NCBI GenBank assembly: GCA_964016885.1 | Contig: OZ024765.1 | Location: 21,266,001-21,330,000, forward strand | DNA length: 64,000 bases | Source: Eledone cirrhosa | Taxonomy: Eukaryota | Reading direction: 5' to 3' | Shown: positions 26,095-42,501 of the stretch, one piece after another | How positions within the stretch are numbered: position 1 is the first letter of the stretch | How the letters are laid out: each line of letters starts with the position of its first letter | Notes under the pieces: generated by a model | Databases searched by the model: none | Seen by the model: the letters and a program-made list of their open reading frames with translations, nothing else | Told to the model about the DNA's origin: nothing | Position numbers and translations under genes: made by a program

Positions 26095-26680
26095 CTAAAG
26101 CTGAGGTCAACTACTCGAATGGTGATCAACTACACAAACAGAGATCAACTACAAACACAGGGTCAAGTACACAAGCTGAGGTCAACTACACAAGCAGGGT
26201 TCAGCTACCCAAGCTGAGCTTAACTATACAAGCAGGGGTTATCTACACAAGCAGGGTTCAGCTACCCAAGCTGAGCTTAACTATACAAGCAGGGGTTATC
26301 TACACAAGCAGGGGTTATCTACACAAGCACGGTTCAGCTACCCAAGATGAGCTTAACTATACAAGCAGGGTTCAGCTACCCAAGCTGAGCTTAACTATAC
26401 AAGCAGGGGTTATCTATACAAGCAGGGGTTATCTACACAAGCAGAGGTTATCTACACAAGCACGGTTCAGCTACCCAAGCTGAGCTTAACTATACAAGCA
26501 GGGGTTATCTATACAAGCAGGGGTTATCTACACAAGCAGAGGTTATCTACACAAGCACGGTTCAGCTACCCAAGATGAGCTTAACTATACAAGCAGGGGT
26601 TAACTACACAAGCTGGGTTCAATTACATAAACTGGGTTCAAGTACAAAAGCTGAGTTCAGCCACAAAAGCAGAGGTCAAC
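26095..26680. repeat. ~20-bp minisatellite (ACAAGCAGGGGTTATCTAC / CAAGCTGAGCTTAACTAT variants)
   Basis: Homogeneous in the centre, diverged at the edges. Confidence 0.9.
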
Positions 26681-26855
26681 TCAATATCAAAATAGTCAGT
26701 GTCTTTATTAAATCTTATAGGACAGAAAATCGCACAAAATTAGATCAGAACCTATCACTGTCATGCAAAACCAACTGAAACTCTGGCGGTTCTTTCATAT
26801 AAAACTGTCTGTCAGTCTATTTATCTAGCTATCTATACTTGGAAGCAGTTCTCAA

Positions 26856-27245
26856 CAACAGATTCTTTTTTTCAAATACCACTTTGGAAGAAGAATCAGG
26901 ATGGAGAGAGAGGTGCTGTACCCCAGCAAGTTTTATGAAAGGTGGGTGAAAGTGGCGAGAATGGCCCGAGTGAATGGGCTTTCTCTCTATATCAGCCTGT
27001 AGGTTGAGGAAAAGGAGGAGGAGAGGAAAGGAGTACAAACTCTTCGTATTCCTGGAGATGAGGGTTGCACATTTTTTTTCGGGGGTATGTGTTACCCATA
27101 TAAACTGTCTCCCTCTATTGGGGAAAATCGACTAACTTTTTAAATTCCATTTGTGATAACATTTTACACGTTTTTATTGTATGTAAACTTCCCCCTTTGT
27201 ATTTGTCCCCTTCTTTTGTGCCCCTGTGGCTAATAAAGAAATATA
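26856..27245 (+). mobile_element. short 3' fragment of a Tx1/L1-like LINE
   Basis: Homologous to 28730-29115 (GGAGAGAGAGGTGCT..GAAAGGTGGGTGAA..TGGCCCGAGTGAATGGGC; GCCCCTGTGGC end). Confidence 0.8.
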
Positions 27246-27247
27246 TC

Positions 27248-29125
27248 TATACTTGGAAGCAGTTCTCAAAGCGGCCGGCTTCGGTCCCGTCTTCAGAGGC
27301 TGGATCGCGGCCATGCACACCAGCATCTGCTCGGCAGTCAAGGTGAATGGCTACCTATCAGAGCCATTCCAAATCACGCGTTCCATCCGTCAGGGATGCC
27401 CTCTCTCCTCCATTCTGTATGTACTGACTCTCGAGCCGTTACTGCGGAAGTTGGAGCTGTTGCAGGGCATCCCGATCGAGCCAGGACTGCGGAAAGCAGC
27501 GTCGGCCTATGCCGATGACACAACAGTAATGGTGTCGAAAACCTCGGACATCAGGGTAAACGGCAACCTATTACAGGAATACGAAACGTTGACAGGAGCT
27601 AGACTAAACCCAAACAAGTGTGTCGGTTTGCAACTCGGCACATGGAGAGGCAAACCCATGCCTTCCGACAGTGTCGTTGGATGCTGGACGGAAGGACCGG
27701 TGAAATTGCTTGGGGTCTGGTTCAGTCCAGACCTCCAGGTGGACAAGAACTGGAACGAGGTCACGGCGAAGGTGTTTGCACTCACCCAGAAGTGTGCTGA
27801 GTGCAAACTCTCCTTGAAAGGTCGAGCAGAGGTGGCGAACACTTACATAGCGTCCATCATCTACTACCGCTTCACAGTTCTGCCTTGCCCCCGCGAACAC
27901 CTTACCAAAATGGAACGCCTACTCTTCAAGTTCCTCTGGAAGAAACAGGCTCCATTGGTGAGGAGATCCATCTGCTGTTAACACCCTTCTAACGGAGGGC
28001 TGGGCATGCCGTGGCTGATGATGCGCAAACATGCACTGAGGCTATGCCATCTCCAGATATTCCTGACCAGTGAACCGGTGTGGTTGTCGTTTGTGAGACA
28101 AGCTCTTCCACAACTCGTCTCACTAACAGAGCTGCAGTCCTGGGTCAAGCGAAGACCGAAAATGGGTGCCTACAGGCACTCACAGCCTTCTACCAAGTGG
28201 AAACGGCAATCAGCGGAGACTCTACTTCGACATTCTATAGGGGATTAGTGGAGGATAAGTGCGACGACGTTCTCGGGGAAACTCTAGGATTCGAGGAGGA
28301 CAAACTGACCAGTCTGTTCGGGAGGACTTTCCGTCCAGGGCCAATGGATAACTTCCAGAAGTCTCTGGCCTGGCAGTGCTACCAAGGAGCTCTACCAGTT
28401 CAAGACAAAATCTACAGGCACGGACGCCCTGGCAGAGATCCTGCCAAAAGGACCTGTCCAAGATGCGAGCAGGACATCGAAACCGCTCTGCACGCAATTG
28501 TTCAGTGCCCAGGGGTGACCGACCTGTGGAATTATGTCGAACAGTTGCTGTCACATGTGGGACGCATCCAGTTGTCAGCCGAGTCCATCATGAGGATCAC
28601 CCAGCCACCTTCATTTAAGAATGAAGGAGAGGTGGTTTTCCTCTGTCTGGTGGCTATGGCGAAAGAGGTAATATGGTGGACGAGGTTAAAAGGACTGAGG
28701 GCAAACACCTTTCTCTCCGGACAACAACTTATCCCCTTCTTTAAGTACCACTCCAGAAGGAAGGTTAGAGTGGAGAGAGAGGTGCTACACCCCAGTAAAT
28801 TCACTGAAAGGTGGGTGAATGTGGCGAAAATGGCCCGAGTGAATGGGCCTTCTCTGTATATAAACCTGTAGGTTGAGGAAGATAAACAGAGGGAAGACTG
28901 GAACACCTACAAAACGTGTTCCTGGTGTTGAGGGTTGTTCTATCCACCGGGTGTAAAACAACCCTGCAGTAACGTTCCCCCCTATTGGGGATTTCAATTG
29001 TTATTTTATTATATATAGTTTATTGTTATTTATTAATGTTAAAGTTATTTTTATGTAAAACCCCCGCCATCTTGTAATGTCCCAATTTTGTACGCCCCTG
29101 TGGCAAATAGAGAAAGATATCTATC
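27248..29125 (+). mobile_element. 5'-truncated, disrupted Tx1/L1-clade LINE
   Basis: RSIRQGCPLSSILYVLTLEPL, AYADDTTV, C-terminal CPRC..ETALHAIVQC knuckle; stop at 27979 and a frameshift near 28180. Confidence 0.88.
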
Positions 29126-29181
29126 AATCTCTCTCTCTATCTATATCACTATATATATATATATATGTGTATATATATCAC

Positions 29182-29212
<31 letters not shown>

Positions 29213-29229
29213 GTATATATATATCATAT

Positions 29230-29317
<88 letters not shown>

Positions 29318-29594
29318 TATGTATATATCATATATATATATATCATATATATATATATATATATCATATATATATATATCATATATATATATATCATATA
29401 TATATATATATATATATCATATAATATATATATACAGTTATGTAATAAACGACATAAGAAAATTATTTCATTTACCACTGGTTTCTTGAAGACAGATGTT
29501 TATTACATAACTAAAAAGCTCTGTAGCCTACATACAGCACTCTCTTTTCCTTTACCTTTCCTACACAAATACTTCATATATATATATATATATT

Positions 29595-30129
29595 TGTTTA
29601 GACAAATCACAGAGGCAATAAACATAAATGAACTCCAACCAAAATTAAATAGAAAACATGAGTGGAACAGCAACATCACAACTTACAATTAAGGACAAAA
29701 TGAAAACACACACGCACATAGAACAATCAACCAACCAGTAACATGTAAATAAACAAATAAATAAACAAATATAAACACACACAGACACCCGGATGTAACA
29801 CATGCACAAACTAAGCACACAACACACACACCAAAACAAAATGGCGTAGGACAGAACAAAGGAGAGGCACAAAAAACAAAGAAAAGAATCCCCAGTCACT
29901 GAAGAGGTCACAGAATGTGTGACGAAAGAGCTTTGACAATATATAAACAACAATCTGGTTCTGGAACCAACCAACCAACCGGAAATTTATAAATTTATTA
30001 TAAGAAATTGAAGTGAAAGCAACTGGTGCATGTGTTTCTTATTGGCAACATGACCCTCCCAAAGTACAACAATATCGGTTTCAACACACGTTTTCAGATA
30101 AAGAATCTTGCTAAACAAATTCAGAAACG

Positions 30130-30132
<3 letters not shown>
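29595..30132 (+). mobile_element. 3' fragment of second Penelope-like family
   Basis: RQITEAININELQPKLNRKHEWNSNITTYN* plus 3' UTR; homologous to 21243-21880. Confidence 0.7.
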
Positions 30133-30170
<38 letters not shown>

Positions 30171-30281
30171 AACAAGTAAGACCCCGACGGCTGAGCTCAA
30201 GCCGTTTCGACGGCTAATTCTGGACTGTATTGAGTACTTTGGAGCGTTATGGTCCACCTGGTTCCTTACCACATTTCCTTC

Positions 30282-30346
<65 letters not shown>

Positions 30347-30759
30347 GTCTATCTATTTATCTATATATCTCTCTATATATATCTCTCTCCTACCTAGGTA
30401 TACTCAGCCACCATGAAATTCAACCCTATTTTATACAACATGTTCTGCATATCAGTACACATTGCAACATGTACTGATGCAGTTTACTGCACACAGCACG
30501 GTCAATAACAGTCTACTTGCAATTATAGCATCTCTCTCTCCCTCTCTATTTCTCTCTATCATACTCTCATACTCTCTCTCTATATATATATCTTTCTCTT
30601 TTTCATCTCTCTCTCTTTGTCTCACTCTCACTTTCTCTCCTCCTCTATCCCCCCCCCCCCGCACCCCCTCTACAATATCCAATATAGCCCCAACTATCTC
30701 TCACATCTCTTTGAAATCCTTTTTATTCCACATTTCTCCCTCGATTCACGCACGAACAC

Positions 30760-30799
<40 letters not shown>

Positions 30800-30843
30800 A
30801 TATATATATACATGTATATATATATACATGTATATATATATAT

Positions 30844-30959
<116 letters not shown>

Positions 30960-31129
30960 ATATATATATATATATACATGTATATATATATATATATATA
31001 ATGTATATATATATATATATACACACACATATGTATATATATATATATATGTGTGTATATATATATATACACACACATATGTATATATATATATATATAT
31101 GTGTGTGTATATATATATATATGTGTGTG

Positions 31130-31188
<59 letters not shown>

Positions 31189-31234
31189 ACACACATGTAT
31201 ATATATATATATGTATATGTATACACACACACAC

Positions 31235-31283
<49 letters not shown>

Positions 31284-31297
31284 TATATATATGCATA

Positions 31298-31369
<72 letters not shown>

Positions 31370-31684
31370 TATGCATATATATATCATCATCATCATCGTT
31401 TTACGTCCGTTTTTTCAACACACACATATATACACACACATACACACATATATATATATATATATATGTGTGTATGTGTGTGTATATATGTGTGTGTCAT
31501 GCTAATGTATTTGTATTCAATTATTATCGATCTCACAGCCCCCCCCCTCCTCCTCTATATCCAATCTCTTGTCTTCCTAACTCCCAGTCAGGTCATTGCA
31601 TGTTGTACTGCACTAATACCTCACATTACATCTTACACTACCCCCTCTACTACTACATAAACTACTGCTTCACATTACATCTTA

Positions 31685-31899
31685 TGTACCACTACTACTA
31701 CTACCTATACTACTGTTACTACCACTACTACTGTTATTACTACTAGTACTACTGTTACTACTGCTACTACTACTGTTACTACTACTACTACTACTACTAC
31801 TACTATTACCACTACTACTACTACCACTACTACCACTACTACTACTACCTATACTACTGTTACTACCACTACTACTGTTATTACTACTAGTACTACTGT

Positions 31900-31930
<31 letters not shown>

Positions 31931-32174
31931 GTTACTACTACTACTACTACTACTACTATTACTACTACTACTACCACTACCACTACCATTACTACCACCA
32001 CTACTAGTACTACTACTACTGTTACTACTACTACTACTACTACTATTATTACCACTACTACTACTATTACCACTACTACTACTACTACTACTATTACCAC
32101 TACTACTACTACCACTACTACCACTACTACCACTACTACTACTACTACTACTACTATTACCACTACTACTTCTA

Positions 32175-32207
<33 letters not shown>

Positions 32208-32372
32208 TTACCACTACTGTTACTACCACTACTACTGTTATTACTACTTCTACTACTACCACCACTACTACTACTACTGCTACCACTACTACTACTACTA
32301 CTACTATTACCACTACCACTACTACTACTACTACCACCACTACTACTACTGCTACCACTACCACCACTACTA
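31685..32372. repeat. (CTA)n/(CCA) trinucleotide repeat
   Basis: Direct reading. Confidence 0.97.
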
Positions 32373-32434
32373 GCTAGATAGCTATACAGAGACATTCAAT
32401 TCACCCTGTTAAGGCACATGTGCATATACGCATT

Positions 32435-32456
32435 CACACACATACAGCCCTGCCTT

Positions 32457-32488
<32 letters not shown>

Positions 32489-33390
32489 CATACAGCCCTG
32501 CCTTCACACACACACACACATATATACATACAGCCCTGCTTTCACACACACATATATACATACAGCCTTGCCTTCACACACACACACACACATATATACA
32601 TACAGCCCTGCCTTCATACACACACACACATATATACATACAGCCCTGCCTTCACACACACACACACACACACACATATATACATACAGCCCTGCCTTCA
32701 CACACACACACACACATATATACATACAGCCCTGCCTTCACACACACACACACACATATATATACATACAGCCCTGCCTTCACACACACACACACATATA
32801 TACATACAGCCCTGCCTTCACACACACACACACACATATATACATACAGCCCTGCCTTCATACACACACACACATATATACATACAGCCCTGCCTTCACA
32901 CACACACACACACATATATACATACAGCCCTGCCTTCACACACACACACACACATATATACATACAGCCCTGCCTTCACACACACACACACATATGCACA
33001 TACAGCCCTGCCTTCACACACACACACACATATATATACATACAGCCCTGCCTTCACACACACACACACACACACATATATACATACAGCCCTGCCTTCA
33101 CACACACACACACACATATATACATACAGCCCTGCCTTCACACACACACACACATATACATACAGCCCTGCCTTCACACACACACACACATATATACATA
33201 CAGCCCTGCCTTCACACACACACACACACATATATACATACAGCCCTGCCTTCACACACACACACACATATATACATACAGCCCTGCCTTCACACACACA
33301 CACACACATATATATACATACAGCCCTGCCTTCACACACACACACACACATATATACATGCAGCCCTACCTTCACACACACACATATATA
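32435..33390. repeat. ~40-bp minisatellite CATACAGCCCTGCCTT(CA)nTATATA
   Basis: Fixed core with variable (CA)n length. Confidence 0.95.
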
Positions 33391-33448
33391 TATATACATA
33401 CATATATATATAGAGATATGTGTCCCTCCCAAAGTATAACAATATATA

Positions 33449-34095
33449 TCATCATCATCATCATCGGTTAACGTCTATCTTCCATGCTAGCATGGGTTTG
33501 TCCCACGGGTTTGTCCCACTTGAGGCAAGAATGGTCTGGAGACCGTGTCTCGTACAGAACTGTATCTGGCTGGTTTTCTACGGCTGGATGCCCTTCCTAA
33601 CACCAACCACGTTTACAGAGAGGACTGGGAACGTTTTACCATGTCACCTACATGACCACTTTACAGAGTGGACTGGGTGTTTTTTGTTGTGACACCTACA
33701 TGACCACTTTACAGAGTGGACTGGGTGTTGTTTGTTGTGACACCTACATGACCACTTTACAGAGTGGACTGGGTGATGTTTGTTGTGACACCTACATGAC
33801 CACTTTACAGTGTGGACTGGGTGTTGTTTGTTGTGACACCTACATGACCACTTTACAGAGTGGACTGGGTGTTTTTTGTTGTGACACCTACATGACCACT
33901 TTACAGTGTGGACTGGGTGTTGTTTGTTGTGACACCTACATGACCACTTTACAGAGTGGACTGGGTGTTTTTTGTTGTGACACCTACATGGCCACTTTAC
34001 AGTGTGGACTGGGTGTTTTTTGTTGTGACACTTACATGACCACTTTACAGAGTGGACTGGGTGCCTTTTTACCATGTCTCCTAAGTGACCACTTT
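33449..34095 (-). mobile_element. RTE 3'-UTR/SINE-like fragment with internal 48-bp tandem expansion (33645-34075)
   Basis: GGCTGGATGCCCTTCCTAACACCAACC motif; unit CACCTACATGACCACTTTACAGAGTGGACTGGGTGTTTTTTGTTGTGA, ~9 copies. Confidence 0.8.
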
Positions 34096-34160
34096 ACTAG
34101 TTTGGAAGATGGATGATAAACGATGATGATGATGATGACGATTGCTATTATTTTTAACAG

Positions 34161-34245
34161 GTGCTGTTGGTGTCCATGTGACAAGCTGTAAAGTCTCCCC
34201 AAGTCCAGGAAAACAACCAGTTTTGATCCTTCTCGATGAAAATGG
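34161..34245 (+). CDS. ZP-domain protein exon B
   Basis: tttttaacag| acceptor. Reads (G)AVGVHVTSCKVSPSPGKQPVLILLDEN(G), the ZP-C LIDENGC-type motif; phase 1 to phase 2. Confidence 0.85.
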
Positions 34246-34374
34246 GTATCACAGTTCTTTTCCATCTTTATAAACTACTTAACAATTCGTAATGAATAAA
34301 TATTTTTTCTTTGATAGCTTGTCTACTAATATGTTTATTTTATACCAACATAGTATATATATATATTTATATAT

Positions 34375-34710
34375 GGAGAGACATAGCTTAGTGGTTAGAG
34401 CATTGGGCTTGCAATCGAATGGTTGTGAGTTCAATTCTCAGACCAGGTATTGTGTTGTTTCCTTGAGCAAGACACTTTATTTAACATTTGCTCCAGTTTA
34501 CTCAGCTGTAGAAATGAGATGATAGGGACTGGGGTCCCTATCATTCCACTGTAAAGTGGTCGTGGTGGTGCCACGGCAAAAAAAGCATGCAGGGCTCACT
34601 GCAAATGAGGTTGGTGTTAGGAAGGGCATCCAGCTGTAGAAATCAAGCCAGTATCAGTTCTCGTCGCACCCTTGCAAGCAGGGAAAAGTGGACGTAAAAT
34701 GATGATGATG
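34375..34710 (+). mobile_element. tRNA-derived CORE-like SINE, copy 4
   Basis: Homologous to 3773-4118. Confidence 0.9.
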
Positions 34711-34820
34711 ATATATATATATATATATTGAAGTTGGGGAACACAGTATCAATAATAATAAGTAGAAACAAAGTTTTGTATCATATACATATTTAGTTGC
34801 ATGTGTGTCTACATGTGAGA

Positions 34821-34912
34821 ACATATCTGAGGAGCTCTCGATTCCAGAGTCAGGAACGAACCTTATTCGATTGTTCCTCGAGCTGATTGGCAGTGAAACA
34901 TATGTAATATGT
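34821..34912 (+). ncRNA. type I hammerhead motif with long helix II region
   Basis: ACATAT-CTGAGGA-...-GAAA-CATATG-TA-ATATGT, inside inverted repeat GTATCATATACATATTTA / TAAATATGTATATGATAC. Confidence 0.65.
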
Positions 34913-34978
34913 AATTAAATATGTATATGATACAATACTGATTCTTTGTTCCATTATATATATATATATATATATATA

Positions 34979-35313
34979 TCATCATCATCATTTTACGCCT
35001 GCTTTTCCCTGCTTGCAAGGATGGTACGGGAACTGATTCTGGCTTGATTTCTACAGCTGGATGCCCTTCCTAACACCAACCTCATTTACAGTGAGTGCTG
35101 GGTGCTTTTTTGCCATGGCACCTCCATGACCACTTTGCAGTGGAATGATAGGGACCCCAGTCCCTATCATCTCATTTCTACAGCTGAGTAAACTGGAGCA
35201 ATGTGAAATAAAGTGTCTTGCTCAAGAAAACAACACATCACCTGGTCTGAGAATTAAACTCACAACCTTTCGATTGCAAGGCCAATGCTCTAACCACTAA
35301 GTCATGTGCCTCC
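34979..35313 (-). mobile_element. tRNA-derived CORE-like SINE, copy 5 (inverted)
   Basis: Reverse complement of the family consensus. Confidence 0.9.
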
Positions 35314-35466
35314 ATATATATATACATACATATATATATATATATATATAATATATAATATATAATATATATATATATATATAATATATATATAATATAT
35401 ATATATATAATATATATATAATATATATATATATAATATATATATATATAATATATATATATATAT

Positions 35467-35497
<31 letters not shown>

Positions 35498-35782
35498 ATA
35501 TATATATATATATAATATATATATAATATATATATATAATATATATATAATATAATATATATATAATATATATATATATATAATATATATATAATATATA
35601 TATAATATATATATAATATATATATAATATAATATATATATAATATATATATAATATATATATATATATAATATAATATATATATAATATATATATAAAT
35701 AATATATATATAAATAATATATATATAATATATATATAAATAATATATATATAATATATATATATATAATATATATATATAT

Positions 35783-35817
<35 letters not shown>

Positions 35818-35948
35818 ATATATATATATATAATATATATATATATTATATATATATATATTATATATATATATTATATATATATTATATATATATTATA
35901 TATATATTATATATATATATATTATATATATATATATTATATATATAT

Positions 35949-35983
<35 letters not shown>

Positions 35984-36171
35984 ATATATATATATATTAT
36001 ATATATATATATATTATATATATATTATTTATATATATATTATATATATATTATTTATATATATATTATTTATATATATATTATATATATATTATATATA
36101 TAATATATATATAATATATATATATACCACTTGTAGAGACCTATAAATACCATATTTATTTTTTGATACCC

Positions 36172-36222
36172 AGATTCCTGATGATTTCTAATGAATGAAA
36201 CAGTTCTAGTCCTGTAGAATCT
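36172..36222 (+). ncRNA. type I hammerhead motif (same family as 25119)
   Basis: AGATTC-CTGATGA-tTTC-taat-GAAt-GAAA-CAG..CTG-TA-GAATCT. Confidence 0.8.
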
Positions 36223-36304
36223 CATCTATATTAAAACTGTTATACTCTGCTATGTATTGAGTACCTTACTTACTGTGGTTACCTCCGATTCAACCCGGAA
36301 TAAC

Positions 36305-36330
<26 letters not shown>

Positions 36331-36335
<5 letters not shown>

Positions 36336-36593
36336 CGATACTAACAAATTTAAACTATATTTATAAAACCATATCTATTTTATTATACATATTTCAAGGA
36401 TACCATGTTAAATTATGGTATGCTTTCATCAGACAAAATACAATATATACCAGTTTTATAAATAAATTTTGACATGCCCTTTGTATTTTGTCTGATAAAA
36501 GCATACCATAATTTAACATGGTATCCTTGAAATATGTATAATGAAATAAATATGGTTTTATAAATATAGTTTCCATTTGTTAATATCGTATAT
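36331..36593. mobile_element. PLE-like hairpin element with hammerhead motifs in both arms
   Basis: Arms ~36331-36443 / ~36481-36593. Minus-strand motif 36376-36440 has intact CTGATGA; plus-strand 36484-36548 has CTGATAA. Confidence 0.75.
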
Positions 36594-36965
36594 TTACTCC
36601 AAATACTTGTCGAGTGCTTTATATAAGTTATAAAAATATTTGCTTGTTGTATCCCAACAATTTAAATAGAACTTTTGCATATATATATATATATATATAT
36701 AATATATAATATATATATATAAAATATATATATATATATATATAATATATATATATATATATAATATATATATATATAATATATATATAATATATATATA
36801 TATAATATATATATATATAATATATAATATATATATATATAATATATATATATATAATATATAATATATATATATATATAATATATAATATATATATAAT
36901 ATATATATATAATACATATATAATATATATATATGTATATAGTATATAATAAATATATATATAAT

Positions 36966-36999
<34 letters not shown>

Positions 37000-37427
37000 A
37001 TATATAATATATATATAATATATATATAATATATATATAATATATATATATAATATATATATAATATATATATATAATATATATATAATATATATATATA
37101 ATATATATATATAATATATATATAATATATATATATAATATATATATAATATATATATAATATATATATAATATATATATAATATATATATATAATATAT
37201 ATATAATATATATATATATCTAATATATATAATATATATATATATATAATATATATATAATATATATATCTAATATATATATATAATATATATATATATA
37301 ATATATATATATATAATAAATATCTAATATATATATATAATATATATATATATATAATATATATATCTAATATATATATAATATATATATATATATAATA
37401 AATATCTAATATATATATATAATATAT

Positions 37428-37459
<32 letters not shown>

Positions 37460-37702
37460 ATATATATATCTAATATATATATATAATATATATATAATAT
37501 ATATATATATATAATATATATATATAATATATATATAATATATATATATATAATATATATATATAATATATATATCTAATATATATATATAATATATATA
37601 TAATATATATATAATATATATATATAATATAATATATATAATATATATATATATATATCTAATATATATATATATATATATGTATAATATAATATATATA
37701 AT

Positions 37703-37739
<37 letters not shown>

Positions 37740-37811
37740 GTATAATATAATATATATAATATATATATATATATATAATATATATATATATAATATATAT
37801 ATATATATAAT

Positions 37812-37868
<57 letters not shown>

Positions 37869-37875
37869 ATATATA

Positions 37876-40485
<2,610 letters not shown>

Positions 40486-40663
40486 ATATATAATATATAA
40501 TATATATATATATAATATATAATATATATATATATAATATAAAATATATATATATAATATATAATATATATATATATATAATATATATATATAATATATA
40601 TATATATATAATATATATATATAATATATATAATATATATATATAATATATATATATATATAT

Positions 40664-40717
<54 letters not shown>

Positions 40718-41171
40718 ATATATAATATATATATAATATATATATATAATATATATATAATATATATAATATATATATAATATATATATATCTAATATAT
40801 ATATATATAATACATATATATATAATATATATATATATATAATATATATATATATAATATATATATATATATATAATATATATAAAATATATATATATAT
40901 ATAATATATATATATATATAATATATATATATATATAATATATATATATATATGTATAATATATATATATATATATATATAATATATATATATAATATAT
41001 ATTATATATATATATATATATAATATATATATATATAATATATATATATATATATTAGGTATTAATTTAACAATGAAAATAATAATAACAAAGTTGAGTT
41101 ATTTTACCAATACATATTGTTTTACGATTGTTTCAGAGGGTTGATCATATTGACATATTGACTGATCTATA

Positions 41172-42500
41172 GCAGTTATATAACTGTGTACTATATACTA
41201 TAACTATGTACTATAACTGTGTACTATATACTATAACTATGTACTATAACTATATACTATAACTGTATACTATAACTATGTACTATAACTATATACTATA
41301 ACTATATACTATAACTGTATACTATATACTATAACTATAACTATATACTATAACGATATACTATAACTGTATACTATAACTATAACTATATACTATAACT
41401 GTATACTATAACTATGTACTATAACTGTATACTATAACTATATACTATAACTGTATACTAGATACTATAACTATAACTATATACTATAACTATATACTAT
41501 AACTGTATACTATAACTATATACTATAACTGTATACTATAACTGTATACTATAACTATATACTATAACTATATACTATAACTGTATACTATAACTATGTA
41601 CTGTAACTATATACTATAACTATATACTATAACTATGTACTATAACTATATACTATAACTATATACTATAACTATATACTATAACTATATACTATAACTA
41701 TATACTATAACTATATACTATAACTATATACTATAACTATATACTATAACTGTATACTATAACTATATACTATAACTATATACTATAACTATATACTATA
41801 ACTGTATACTATAACTATATACTATAACTATATACTATAACTATATACTATAACTGTATACTATAACTATATACTATAACTATATACTATAACTATATAC
41901 TATAACTATATACTATAACTATATACTATAACTGTATACTATAACTGTATACTATATACTATAACTGTATACTATGTACTATAACTGTATACTATGTACT
42001 ATAACTGTATACTATATACTATAACTATATACTATAACTGTATACTATATACTATAACTGTATACTATATACTATAACTATATACTATAACTATACTATA
42101 TACTATAACTATATACTATAACTGTATACTATATACTATAACTGTATACTATATACTATAACTATATACTATAACTGTATACTATATACTATAACTATAT
42201 ACTATAACTGTATACTATATACTATGTACTATAACTATATACTATAACTGTATACTATATACTATATACTATATACTATAACTATATACTACAACTATGT
42301 ACAATAACTATATACTATATACTATAACTATGTACTATAACTATATACTATAACTGTATACTATATATTATAACTGTATACTATATACTATAACTGTATA
42401 CTATATACTATAACTATATACTATAACTATGTACTATAACTATATACTATAACTGTATACTATAACTATATACTGTATACTATATATATCTACTATAACT
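41172..42500. repeat. TATAAC/TATAC (11-bp TACTATAACTA) simple satellite
   Basis: Direct reading; resumes briefly at 45460-45497. Confidence 0.95.
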
Positions 42501-42501
42501 A

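Noticed and set aside
26721-26812. Possible exon after ttatag
   Set aside because: Stops in two frames, no ZP motif in the third, and not needed for phase.
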